DNA of 64,000 nucleotides, from contig NC_045697.1 of assembly GCF_009834535.1 (NCBI RefSeq), positions 7,876,001 to 7,940,000 of the forward strand, in the 5' to 3' direction. Below the pieces are notes generated by a model that saw only the letters and a program-made list of their open reading frames with translations, ran no database searches and was not told the DNA's origin. This document shows, piece by piece, positions 51,447 through 64,000 of the stretch. Source of the stretch: Camelus ferus. Lineage: Eukaryota. Made by a program: the position numbers and the translations under genes. Each line of letters opens with the position of its first letter. Position 1 is the stretch's first letter.

Positions 51447-52556
51447 TTCTAAAAATGATGAGCCAGGCAGCCTTTTGGCATTGCCTGATTAGAGTCATCT
51501 AGTGCTGAATCCCTGGACACGTGCCTGAAGCGCTGTGCTATGTGGTTGATTAAAGACGGATCCATACGCTTCCAATGCCAGATGTGCTGGCGTCAGAGAC
51601 GACATTCCGCTGCGGAGGCACTTCTAATTTGGGACTTCAGAGTACTTACCCTAGGATGCACTGTGAGTCACTGACGGTGCCTAAGACAAAGCCAGGGGAA
51701 CCCTGAGCTCATGAGGCTGAGAAGTAAAAGTCCAGGAGTGGGCAGCCCCTGCTCCGCTCACCGCCCATGTGCCCTGTCCCAATATGCAGAAGCTAAGGTC
51801 ACGGGACCCAGCAGCCCCCTGGGTCCAGGTGGAGCCACCTCTGTACAAGGCACTTGCTGAAACTCTAGGAAGTGCTGCTTTGCACGTGCTAAGATGAACA
51901 TATACTCAAAGATCCACCAGGTTAAAAAGATATTTTGAATTTATCTATTATGCTGATAAAAAGTTACCAAATGTCAACCCTTTAACAGAAATAATCTCTA
52001 TATATTCACACACACATATACACATGTTAGTATTATTATATTTGCAGAAGAAGAAAAAATTGAGCTTCAGAGACATGAGTAGATTTCCCAAAGTCAAACA
52101 CCTGGAACATAATGTACCTGCACATTGAACCAGATCTCCCAGAACTTCCTTCCTAGCCTGTTACTGCTTATACTGGAAAAAATGAGGACTGGGGCTTTTC
52201 CCTTTAGTGTTAATAAAAATAATCCTTGTTTTCTTCTTATCAAACGAATCTAATGTCTTACTGTCAAATACAAGGTAGCCAAGATAGCAATAAGAGAGAG
52301 TGATGGAATAATAAATGCATACACTTACTTAGATAAACTGAACAGGAAATCAATTTGGTTCTGGTCTAAGACCCTCAATGTCAGTGATGCTTTGGGAATT
52401 AAGTTCTTTTTTTGATTTTTTCTCTTGGCTTTCAAAATATCACAAGTTTCTGGTTTTATCTACTTTAGTGATGGATTCTTCTCCGTCTCCTTTGCACCTT
52501 AGTCTTATTCAGCTGAATGTCTATATGTCAGTGCACTCCAGAACTTCATTTGGGGT

Positions 52557-52710
52557 TAAGATTGCTAGATTTAGAACATAATTGGAATTATTAAATTTTG
52601 TATATTATGGAAATTTGAGTTATAGGTTTAAAAGAAAACAAAATAAAACATTTTTTTTTTAGAATGAGTATGTCTCATGAACTATTTGGGACATACTTAT
52701 ACTAAAAGAA
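52557..52710. mobile_element. MER53-like MITE (partial)
   Basis: 'agattgctagatttag...agtatgtctcatgaactatttgggacatacttatactaaaa'. Confidence 0.7.
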
Positions 52711-52711
52711 A

Positions 52712-53260
52712 ACTTACCCTGAGTTCTCTTCCTTCTCCACATGCTCTCTTTAGTCAATCTCATTGAGTCTTGTGGCTTGATTCCTTCTCTGAGCAGATAA
52801 TTCTCAATTTCCCCATCATACCTCTTTTTCTCTATATTCAACTGTCTTCTTGACATCTTCACTTGGATATTTGACATTTAAAATGTCCAAAATCTAACTT
52901 TTACAGTCAAAACCTTCCCATGTAGTATGAAGCCATTTTTTAAAAAACAGTATTGCCCAACCAATAAATGGTTCCACCACTCACTTAGATTTTTAAGGTA
53001 AAAACCAATCAGTCATCCTTGATTGTCTTCTTCCCATCATCCTCCAATATCTAACTCTAAAGTCTTGTAGTTTAGCATCAAATTATGTCCAATTATTAGC
53101 ATTTCTCTCAGTTTTCACTTCTTTGACCCTTAGCTCCTACCACCATTCTCTCTTGCCCGTGTGACTGCAATGACTTGCTCAGTAGTTTTTTCATTCCAAA
53201 TTCGCCCTACAATAACCCATTCTCCACAAGTTAGTGACAGCGATTGTCTAAAAATTTTTG
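52712..53260 (+). mobile_element. L2 LINE
   Basis: 'ttgacatcttcacttggatattt...aaaatgtccaaaatctaact...agtcatccttgatt'. Confidence 0.8.
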
Positions 53261-53289
53261 ACCAGCAAAGTTCTCACATCAAAAGTGTG

Positions 53290-53560
53290 CAGCAAAAACA
53301 AAACACAATTCTGTACCACTACCCAGCCAATCAGGTACCCGAAGTACTCACTATCCTATTTCTCTGTCACCATAGATGGGCTTTACTTTGTGCTGTTTAT
53401 AGACGGAATTGCACAGCAGATATTCTTTTGTATCTGTTTTCTTTCCTTCCAGGTTATATTTATGAGCGCTGTCCATGGTTTTCACATGGTTGTAGTTAGT
53501 TCATTTTCACAGCTGTAGAAGAGTCCATTAAATTAATATCCTACAATATTTTAATTTTCC
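53290..53560 (-). mobile_element. Old L1M 3' fragment
   Basis: 'ggaattgcacagcagatattcttttgtatctg...gttcattttcacagctgtag'. Confidence 0.6.
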
Positions 53561-53939
53561 TCATAGACTGTTATATAAACTGAAACAATGACTATGAGGT
53601 GGTTGGTACCTAGTAGTCAGTCAATCAGAAGTGACAATTATTATCATTGTTTTTGTGATTATACAAAAAAATAAAATGAGATCAACAGACATAATTTTGA
53701 CAACTCAGCAAGCACAACCTGTAAACCGAGTCTCATTCCTTTCTGACTGTCATTGGAAGAAAGTGAGTCAAGAGACTCACTTAAATTTCAAGATGTTTTT
53801 GACAGAACCGGTCCTGGCCTTATGAGAAAATATGCATTGGGGGATGATATCAAGTGTTTTTGTAGCCCTTTGAGACTCACTGTCTGATACTGAATATTGG
53901 ATCCATTTTTCTTATTTTTCTGTCTCCCTCCAAATCTGG

Positions 53940-54560
53940 TGAATCATGACTCCTTCTCCAAGATTCAGTTATGTGATGCTCTCCTCCTTGAAGCCCCTTG
54001 GCACTTCTTTGGTGCCTACAGATTACAATCCAAACAGCAGGCAAGGCCCACCAGACCCTCCTCTCTAGCTTGACTCCCACCTGCTATTTCCAGTCTCGCT
54101 TTCCATGGCACCATGCTCTTCTGGATACCACACCCCAGCCATACCAAACCGTGCCCGTTTCCTGAGAACTCCACAGTAGTTCATGCTTTCTGACCACACA
54201 TTTAGATCCCTGTGATTGTCTATCTTCCTCATCATTCACCCTAACATCACTCTCACTTTCTATGTTCCTCTTTCAAAACTCAGCTCAAGACTCTCCTATT
54301 TACCTCTGACCTAAGACTGTCAGCTAGAAGTGACTCCTCTTACCTTTCTTTCCTTGTTTATTCTGTATACTACCATCATAGCATCTGCAGTAACCCTCTC
54401 TGCTGTTGCTGACTGAAATGTACTTCTCCCCAAGTAGCTTATGAGCTCCCTGAGGTGGCAATTAAGTCTCACTCATCTCTGTATAAAAGCAGCTAGCAAA
54501 AAGACCTGGTTGTTTACCAGTAAATGGCAAATGAGCGAATCAATGGATGAATGAATGAAG
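53940..54560 (+). mobile_element. L2 3' end
   Basis: 'cccagccataccaaac', 'ttcaaaactcagctcaa', ends 'ggatgaatgaatgaa'. Confidence 0.8.
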
Positions 54561-54599
54561 GTTACTAAGAGGGAGGTCATAGAGATTATCGTGTAGATT

Positions 54600-55015
54600 T
54601 TTTTGGAATCTTATCTGTTTCATTCAACTTTTTCGCTGATGCTTCTGAAAAAGCCAAAGAAAGCATGATTTCAAATTGCGGCTTGACAAAAGATTTTAAA
54701 TGATAAGGAAGTAACAGAAACGAGATTCAAGAGCCACTTGGCAGGCCTGCTCCTTAGATAGAAAGGAGCACGAGAATCAAGATAAAATCCTACATTAGGT
54801 TCGGAGAGTTTCATGCATATCTATGTCATCTGGAATACTTAAGAACGGCACGTATGTGGGATCCCAAGGACGGCACTGGAGCACCAGATCGATATCAACA
54901 CACAGTGCAATGTGAATTTCTTCCAATCCATGAATAGGCTATAGTAAGTCGTAGTCTAATGGTCCAAAGAAGAGAGGTAATACTTGTGTTGTATCCAATA
55001 CTGATGGGCATTATT
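54600..55015 (+). mobile_element. CR1/L3 LINE fragment
   Basis: 'gtccaaagaagagaggtaatacttgtgttgtatccaatactg' and upstream sequence resemble CR1 ORF2 3' region. Confidence 0.5.
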
Positions 55016-58000
55016 GACATCGCTTATTTATTAAAAGCCTTAATGTATTTTTGATTAAAAAATAGTTATTCTCACTATATGCCATGACAGGGGTATATTT
55101 TATTCAGCTTTGTATTTTCACAATGTACCTTAGAGTCACTTAGAAACATCAGGGATGGGAAGATCTTTTCTTAAGCTATATCCATAAAAATATGTATGCC
55201 TTCTATATTTAGTGAAGAATTTTGTTTTTCAGTGTGATGCCATGTATCCACACTGTAAGTATAACAAGCTCTCACTCACCCCTTCTGTCTTCTCACACAT
55301 CCTCAAACCAGCAACGTGACTATATCTATGAGCAGGAAGGGAAGACTAGATACCTCTAAGTAAGTGTCTTTGTGAAAATTGAGAAAAATTAAAACAAGGA
55401 CCCTTCTGTTTCTCAGTGATTGTTAGCAAGATAAAGCATGTTATAAGTACTTATAGAAAAGTCTTGTAGATGCCCTTTCCTGACATGGAAGTTTTCTTCT
55501 CATTAGCTGAGTTCATGAATGTTCTCAATGATTTATTAATTTCAACACATGCACATCAATATTTCTCTATGTGAGAAAGTTACCAGTGTTGAAACCCAGT
55601 AATTATCATGGTTGAAACACACAAGCAACTCAACCATTGGTCACATAATTGCACAGGTTTGGTATATTCACGCTTGTATTGATACAACAATAGAAATAAT
55701 TTAATAAAGACTCAAGGATAGAAGCCGGGAAGAAGAAAAATCTCTCCTTTACCAAACAGAGCTACTATTGAGGTTATAGTTATTCAAGATAACCAGGAGT
55801 ATCACATAATAGGTCTTTGTCTCTATCTCAAATGGAAAAAAAATCACTGCATATACACACAAATATGTCACATGGCATGTTAATTGGAACTTGGAAGTCA
55901 TCAAATAATAATCCACAATTAACTTTAAATTATTTTTTATAAATAAAGATTCACCCTTCTCTTAATTCTTGCCTAACTTCAATAGACCAGAAGTCTTTTT
56001 TGCCACATAAATTATTTATGCCAGAATTCATATCAAATAAAGCTATTAGTTCTTCCCTTTTTCAAATTTTTGATTCTTTAAAAATTGAGGTGGCCACGTT
56101 GACTCTTATCAAATCTTGCGTTTATTTGGTCTTGTGTTGAGGTGACCTAGAATCTCTGGTTGCTTGCAAAGTTTTTAAAATGCTTGTGTGTTCCTAGGCA
56201 GCAGGACCTACACCGGGGGTCAGTTTGAGAAAACACATGTTAAATAGTTCTGTGAGAAGTCATTCTTGAAGCTCAGCAGGTGGTCTGCTAATGAGAACAA
56301 GACAAGCTCAAGACCTGACCCCTCTGCTCTGCTACTGCCCTCTGTTCTCTGTTCATGGCTCCCTGGGGCCGGAGAGTTGAGTGAGCTAAGAAAGGACCTA
56401 CTATTAAAGAAGCCCTAAACTGTTGCTAGATTCTCCTTAACAACATCAGAAATTGTCCTCCCTCAGGGGCCTTTCTATGTAAGTCATGTTGAATACATTT
56501 TGAACATCTGCCTTCATTATAGGAAAGGAAAGCAACTCAAAGTACACGTGCCCAGAGGACCCTGGACAGCTCACACTCCCTCTGGTTTGGCACGTACATC
56601 ACAGGGTGTAGGCTCTAGGGAAAAGTCAAGGCAATGGGCGTGCGCAGGTGATGACAACACTTGTAGCCAGATGGTGAAGTTTGGGAGAACTTCCCACTGG
56701 AACTCCTCTGAGCTCATCCTTAGAAATTCTGATCAGAGCTCAATCCTCTGAGAAATCAGAGGTCTAGGTTTCAAACAGCAAGTATATTTCCAGATACCTC
56801 GTAGTCGATGTCTGGGAAAACTGACTGTGATTCCTGTTCTGGTCAGTATTTATTATAAAACAGAAAGGATGCTACAAGCTTTTAGGGTAATTTTTATTTT
56901 GTACAGCAACAGGGAACAAGGATTCGGCAGGGGCTCCGAGGGTTGTAGGACAGTGAGGCTAATTGCAATTTTCCAGTGGAGAAAAACAGGGTCTCTGAGT
57001 CCGAATCTGACTTAAGGAGGAGCAGAAAGAGCAAAAATGAGGCCGAGCAGTGTGTATAGTAGGGAAAATGATCTGAAGGGGGGAGACGGGAGACAGCTAA
57101 CTGAAAGAACGAAATAGAGAATGGAAATATGGTAACCAGGTAGCACCTTGGAAAGAGGAGGGAATGATGGTACCTGTAGACATCTCATCAGCCAAGAGTG
57201 CAGCCGTTTAATGATGTCCAGACATCGGGGCTATGCAGGCATGACACCCCGACACACACTCTGCAATCTCCTGACTGCATTCTGGACAAGATAAGACGGG
57301 TCAACTGTCAAACAAGAACTAAATAGATCATAAAAGCAAAACATACAGCTGTGTTCCACACTGAATGGATTTGTCAGTATCTCATTATAACAAACAAAAT
57401 TGGAATATGTGTCCTTAAACTCATTTCCTGCTTTTGGGGGTCCCCATGAGTCTGAGAACATTAGAGGTACTTCTGACTTAATAAGTGGCTAGAAAAAGTG
57501 AATGCATATGTACGGGTAAAAAACAAAGTTCCTCTCAGCCATGTCTATGCTGGGAAAATCCTAATTAAAGAGTGCTTTGCAAACTTTTGTTAGTGGCAAA
57601 GTTTAAATACACCTCATGACTCTGACAGGTGAAAAATTGACCATGTTTGCTTTATACTTCCCTAACAATCACCGAGGTGAAAATCAAAGTCTTCTTCTTT
57701 GCTTGGCTTTCATGAGCTGGACACGATTTACATCACAGCTAGAAATTTCAGGACTTCATTACATGCAGGAACCATCTTTATCTTCTTGGACTCCCTGACA
57801 AGGTGCTGTCATCCCTTGCTTTCTCTGCCTGTCTGGCATCCCTTTAAATGTCTATCTAGAAGCAGGTTTAGTCTCTCTATTTTATGAGCTAGTCTTCCCC
57901 AGAGGAGGAAGCATATTGTTATCTTCAAGCCTCATTTATATGGACCTGAAATAAATTTTGCTGCCCTGTTCATAATACCTCATGCATCTAAAAGCCACTT

Positions 58001-59779
58001 CAACCTCTTGACCCCCATTCCTAGTAGATATACATGTGGAAGAAAAACTATAGGTCTTTCTTACCTTCGACAGGGCAAGTTTTGAATAAATTACACATAC
58101 AATTTCTTCTAGTTCTGTATTCCACATATCTCTTAATTCTTTTGGCCTATAGACTTGTTGCTTTTTAAAATCTATTTTGCAGATTACTTTCCCTTTGGGA
58201 TTTGAAGGCTAATCTTGACTCCCTATAGACCAAAATTCAGGCTTCTCATTTGATAACTCAATATTAAGCAATATTAGGATCACTTGGGACCTTTCATATT
58301 CACACAATCTCAAGATCTTCTATCTTGGGAAAGTTCTTGTAGAGGAACACTTCTATTTGGACCTAAATAGCGAATGAGATCTGGACTGAGACTTGCAGCT
58401 AAAAGGTGCTGGATACCTGCATTCCCACTGAACATAGCTCGTCCGTGTCTAAACGGGGCTAGATCAAGTGCCTATCACAGGTCATCTTCAGTTTCCAGGT
58501 CTAGCCCTTTACCTGTTAGAATTAGAGACTGGCTACAAAAGAATCACATTCTTACTGTTTAGGATACTGACATCTTATACATGTCTTATCTCTTCTGCCA
58601 GGAGGTTAAATCCTGCTACCCATGAAATCAGCCATTGAATTCTGCAGTATAACAAAACCCCAAGATGTTTCCTTAGCTTTAATATAAGCCACTTTATGTA
58701 AATATGTAACTCAAGTCCATCTAAAAATGGCATCACTTTTGTGTTGTCTTTTTTGAGTGACAAATTGGCTGCAATCTAGCACAAGCCTGAAATTACTTGG
58801 GGGTCCTTGAGAGTAAAATCAAGTCTCACATCTCACACCTGCTCTGAATTCTTGCTCCTGATTTCACATCAAAGATGTCAACGTGCCCATGTGGACCTGG
58901 CATAGAATAACTGAGGGACTCCTGAGTTCATCCTGAAGAAAGAAAATTTTCCAAGACCTCTCATTCGATCCACCTTGTCCTCTTTCTCTTTTTCACTAAC
59001 CTGTAGCAGGATTACTAAATCATCGAGAATTGCATCACTATCTCTTATACTAGAGGACATTTCATTTAGGCAGGGAAGACTTTCCAAAGCGTTAAGTAAG
59101 AACCGTGTGTTCCCATGAGCAGCCGGGAGAAGGGAACGACGCAGCAGGAGAGGGTGTTCTGCCAGGAAGACGTGCGAGTTCGGTTTCGTGGGTGGAAGCC
59201 CTCCTCTTCTGTTTTCAAGCACTGTGACATCCTGCCAGGCACTCATCTATGTCTGAAACTAGCTTATTCAACACTAAAACAAGGAGGTTTATAAGAGAGA
59301 TGATGGATTGATGAGCCCTTGTAAGAACACTAGATAAATAGGAAATTATTACTGTCACACAGGCGTTGTACAAGGTGCTGTGATAGATGCAAAGCTTAAG
59401 ATATGTTCTTTAACAGAGTATCTCAGAGCAAAAGGTGTAAGTTAAGGGTACACAGGGAGCTGGGTTAAAAGCCCAGCTTTATCCCTTGGGCTTCATGCCA
59501 CCTAACCCCAAGTTTTCTGTGAAAATGAAATAATATATGTAACAAAATTACTGTAGGAACATAGAACACCCTAGCACAGCTCAATAGGTTATAAATAAAT
59601 TAAAGAGCTACAAAATGTGTAAGTTTTACTGTCAAGTGTTTAAAAAAATCGAATGATAAATAAGCATATTTAACCCCACAAAAGAATCTATGACATGGTC
59701 TTTGTCTATTTATTTGCAATTCTTAAGTGATACTTTAAAATAAGAAAAGTTAATAAATTATTTATAACATAATTTGTCT

Positions 59780-60010
59780 ATAATAGGGAATACTTCTTTA
59801 GTGCTTACAGTGTATACCCAGTTCTAAAGGTCTTTCACATATTAACTCATTTAATCTTCACCATAGTTCTTTATGACAGGGAGGGTTATTGTCCCCATTT
59901 ACAGGGGAGGAAACTTAGACAACTGTGAGAAGTAAATTGCCTAAGACTGTGAAGTAACTAACTGGCAGAGGTGATATTCAGTCCTGGCAAGATTAGCCCC
60001 TAGAGCTCAA
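59780..60010 (-). mobile_element. MIR SINE
   Basis: 'attaactcatttaatcttcac...attgtccccatttacaggggaggaaactt'. Confidence 0.85.
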
Positions 60011-61875
60011 GGTATCCAGATGTTTCTGCCAGACCTGAAAGTAAGACATTAACGGTTCCTTTTTCCCCAGACTGTCTTTTTAAGGATGTTTAGTACAGTG
60101 AACATCTTGGAAGATAGAAAGAGTGTTCTCTCCAGAACAAAGGACTTGTCTGCATGCAGTTTTGAAAAATAGCCATTGTGTAACAATGGACAGGCGTGCT
60201 TTCTGTAAGCTCAGAATTTCTCCCTTGTAATGTAACTTAATGTATGTGCAGGTGTTATCTGGCCTCTTCACATCACCTTATAGGAACTGGGTCTCAGGGA
60301 AGAGGTACAAAATTGCTAATACTCTGACTACTGCTGTTGCCATCCGTAATAAATCTTCCTTCACCTCTGAAATAGGTATCTCACGTCTTCTACTGGCATC
60401 CATGAAATGGTGGCTGGGGATTCAGATGTTTCACTGTTCATAATATTATCATGGTAATAATAATAATTACAATATTATTGCTGTTAAATATATTTATCTT
60501 ATGGATCTTTATTTTGCAATATATATTGATACATAGATTTCAAAAGGAGGTTTAAATGTTAGGAGTTTGCTTGAACCATCTAGTAATTGCTGAGTATGCT
60601 GTCTTCGAAGTATATATATAGGTTAGCTTAGCAAAGGACATTTAAAGTTACTTGGTAACTATTTTGTCACAGGTTACAGTAGTCCTGGTCCCTTGTCTTA
60701 ATTAATCATCTGCTGGTATTTAATCTAAGGTCACCACACGCTATTTCGGATTGGGAGAGATGTCAGAAAGTTCCATACAAAGGATGTTAAAGAAGCATGC
60801 TTTAACAATGTGTCAAAAAATAACATACAAAAAAACTCTTTATTGTAAGTCCTTTCTACCCTTCTTCATGCACTATTAAAAGGATGTTCCATGCCCTCCA
60901 CCCAATGGAGCAATGGCTGGGTGCCGCCAAGGTTTAACTCGATTTGACAAGGCTATTGACTTTGCTAGTCTGTCAGAAGATAAACAGCCAAGAGTAACAT
61001 GAAGAAATGGCTCTGGCTATTTGATTTCTTTTTATAATGAATTTTTAAAATACGATATATAAACATACTTCCTTCAAATGCAAATATGTTCCCTGCATAT
61101 GCTCAATAAAAAAGCACTTTGTAACAAATCAAGTTATTAAGTTTTGGCAAATATTGTTAAAGTTTGAATGATTCCCTAGAAACCTCAACCAGATTAAATA
61201 AACGCAATCTCCATGTAAGTAGCACACTCCCTAGAAGCAAGACAAAATTAAACTCATTATGTAGAAACCTGTTACAACACTCTGGTAATAAGGAAAGTGA
61301 TACCTCCCATTTGTAGAGCTTCTTATAATTTTCAAAATGGATCTGCACGTGTTCATCATTTGCATCTTATGATAGTAATTATACAAGCTCATGTGGTGGT
61401 GAGGAGACCAAAGAGTCACACAGCTAATAAACATTGACATTAGGACAGGCAAGCAGGAATTCTGCCTTAACCTCTTTTCAATAACTTATGCCACATTTTA
61501 TATATTGATCTATACTTTCAAAGTCATCATTGTGATTATGCCATCCTTATGCTCTAAATATTTCGAGTATATAGAGACAGCAGGTGTCGACCTATGGATC
61601 CAGGAAGAAGAAGTGGGAGGAAGGGGGGGGGTGGAGAAAACTGACAACAGCACAAAGCCAAGTTATCCCTCCTTATACCCCCAGTGAGGCACTGTATTTA
61701 AAAACAGATGTCGGCCTCCATTACCTTCATATGTTTTCAGTGCAACCCCCGAAGTCTGTGGGAATTGAGTTTCATTACCATTGTCTTCAGCATCTATCAT
61801 ATGAATAATCTCCTAACCAGTTATATTGCATCTAGCTTCACCTTTTCCATTCATACATTTCTCCTCCTGCCAGAA

Positions 61876-61909
<34 letters not shown>

Positions 61910-61960
61910 TCTTTTTTCTTTCTTTCTTTCTTTCTTTCTTTCTTTTTCTTTCTTTCTTTT
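61876..61960. repeat. (TTGC)n(TTTC)n microsatellite within an L2 remnant
   Basis: Seen directly. Confidence 0.95.
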
Positions 61961-62559
61961 TAAATTTGTGATCATGTCACTCTTCTCTCAGCCCTAGATT
62001 TGCTGCTCAGAAACAAAACAGAGTAAAACCCGAGTTCCAATCTGGAGGGAGCTTGGTGCGATTGGCTGACACTTAACAAAGGCTTACATTGCAGTTGTTG
62101 TAAACGCTATAATCACCATCTTAACAAAGTGCTATGGGAAGACTGGGAAGGAAACTATTGATTTTGTCTAGAGGAAACAAGGAGGGCATCGCAGCATAAA
62201 GAATATTGGCACAAGTTACTAAAGACTAAGAATTTGTGAGATAAAAAAGGGTAAAAACATGTCAGGGAAAGGGTTTTGTATGCCTGGGCCCAACGACCTA
62301 AAGTAACATGCAAGCAAGTGGATTTGTGTGTGAGATAAAGCACGACAGCAAACACTTACTAGTGATTGCTGCACCAATCTAAGCGCTTTACATGTACTAA
62401 CTCATTTCATCCGTACAACATTCCTGTTAGGCAGGCACCATTACCATCAACTCAGAGGTGGGAGCACTTGCTGGGACTGACGCTCTTGCAACCTGATTCT
62501 GGAATCCTGCACCTTCTTTGTCGTGCTGTAAGGCAGCCCAAGGGCTGGTAGTCAAGGAT

Positions 62560-62990
62560 TTTGCATGATGTCATTAATAAGGACTCAAGGATTTAACCGC
62601 AAAAGAGAGAATCAGGTTTCTTTTAGCAAGACAGCTCTGGCAGGAGTGTCGATGACAGAAGAGAGAACGAAGTGTGAAGGGGCGGACGTCTTGTTATAAG
62701 GAGGCCATGGACAAGCCATGACCTGGGCTTGATGGGGCTCAGGTCGGTGGGAATGAAGCAGACGGGGCTGATTTAATGCACTATTTAGAAAATAAAACTG
62801 ATACCATTTGGGCAGCAAATGGATGTGGGTAATGAGCAGAGGAAAAAGGCAAGAACGTCTTTCAGGTTTTGGCACGTGTGACAACATGGATGACAGTCCC
62901 CTTTAAGCATCATGAAGAAGGATTCAGCCAGTTCAGTCTGAGAAACACAGATGTTGAAGGATCAGTGGGGCATTCGCAACAAAATTCCCA
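62560..62990 (-). mobile_element. L2 LINE
   Basis: 'gccatgacctgggcttgatgggg...ggcagcaaatggatgtggg...caggttttggcacgtgtgacaacatggatg'. Confidence 0.75.
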
Positions 62991-63002
62991 ATGGGAATCA
63001 AG

Positions 63003-63127
63003 CCCTTTCTTCCTTCCTTCTTTCTTTCTTTCTTTTCTTTCTTTCTCTCGTTCTCTTTCTTCCTTTTTCCCTTCCTTCATCCCTTTCTTCCTTCCCTCCT
63101 TCCCTCCTTCTTTGCTTCATTCCTTCT
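63003..63127. repeat. CT-rich (TTCC/TTTC) simple repeat
   Basis: Seen directly. Confidence 0.9.
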
Positions 63128-63304
63128 AAGTCAGGTGTTTTTGAAAATTATTGCTATAGAGATATTCTCCTGCTTTGGGAGCTGTATCTCCCACATCTTA
63201 CCAACATTGTGAACTAGATTCTCCAGAACTAGACTGTCCTTGAGTGGGAGGATTCTGTCTGTCACGTACTTGTCTCCTCGTTCAGATGGCAGAGTTCATC
63301 TCAG

Positions 63305-63525
63305 GAGAGCACAGTCCTCAAATCAGCAAACCTGGGTTTGAAAACCAGACGTGTCACTTTTAGTCAGTTTGGTCACTTAATATTTTTGAGCCTCATTTCC
63401 TCTTTTGTAAAATGGCTGTAATAACACATATCTGGTAGTGTTCATTTGGGGATTAAAAAACTAAGGTATAAAAAATTCTTAGTTGATGTCATGTAATAAC
63501 CATTCAATAAATATTAGCCAGTAAC
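63305..63525 (+). mobile_element. MIR SINE
   Basis: 'cctgggtttgaaaacc...gagcctcatttcctcttttgtaaaatgg...cattcaataaatattagc'. Confidence 0.88.
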
Positions 63526-64000
63526 TATGAGCTTGCTGGTAAGTAATGTATGTGGATGTGTGGTGCAATGTAGTTATTAAATGACTCTTACCAATTACTA
63601 ACCATAATGGGAATTAAAATGCAATAAAAATATTTGTATAGAGATTCCCTCTGCCTAGAAATTTCTCACCTTCTCCATCACTCTGAGCAGTTCCAGTGGA
63701 ACATCTGCAAGGTCTTTTTCCAATCTTCCTAGTTAAAATGATTTGCTTTCTCACCTGCAGTCCCAGGGTAATTTTATAACAACTTCTGTTACCATAATAG
63801 GCTAATTTACAATTATGCATGTGCTGAGAAGAGTCTTCTAATCAATTATTAGCTCCAAAAATATGAGTTATGCTTTATGCATCCCTTAATTCTCCAATGA
63901 CACCAAGGATACAGTTCAGTAAATGGGAGATTGGATAGGTTGAATTCCTTGGGTATAACCAGCTGCTCTAACTTGATCTTACTGAGAAAACTGCTCACAG

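Noticed and set aside
60278..60367. Possible minus-strand exon (EVKEDLLRMATAVVRVLAIL)
   Set aside because: Weak donor and stops in all frames; no supporting partner exon
62869..63217. F/S/L-rich ORFs resembling membrane proteins
   Set aside because: Derived from the CT-rich simple repeat
1..64000. CRISPR arrays, operons, defence systems or other novel multi-gene system
   Set aside because: The sequence is mammalian and repeat-dominated; no repeat-spacer array, long ORF or gene cluster is present

Overview
Mammalian nuclear DNA, AT-rich and repeat-dense, with intronic or intergenic character. It is most likely a camelid (camel/alpaca/llama), inferred from a tRNA-Ala(AGC)-derived SINE, cetartiodactyl-type L1 3' UTRs, and no visible Bov-A/BovB, PRE-1 or Alu. 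I recognise no protein-coding gene; the ORF-track entries are short chance ORFs, microsatellite ORFs or repeat fragments. Most interpretable sequence is transposon-derived: two decayed ERVL (LTR16-type) proviruses, a young solo LTR nested in a MER21-like LTR, MaLR/MLT LTRs, young and old L1 (one 5'-inverted), L2, MIR, a CR1/L3 piece and hAT MITEs. Non-repeat points of interest are several candidate plus-strand small exons in the first 12 kb, a CpG-enriched promoter/enhancer-like block at about 22.5-24.1 kb with G4 and Z-DNA potential, and several repeat-free blocks resembling conserved non-coding elements. I found no credible evidence of a novel biological system. Repeat family names come from recalled consensus sequences, boundaries are approximate, and both need RepeatMasker/Dfam confirmation.
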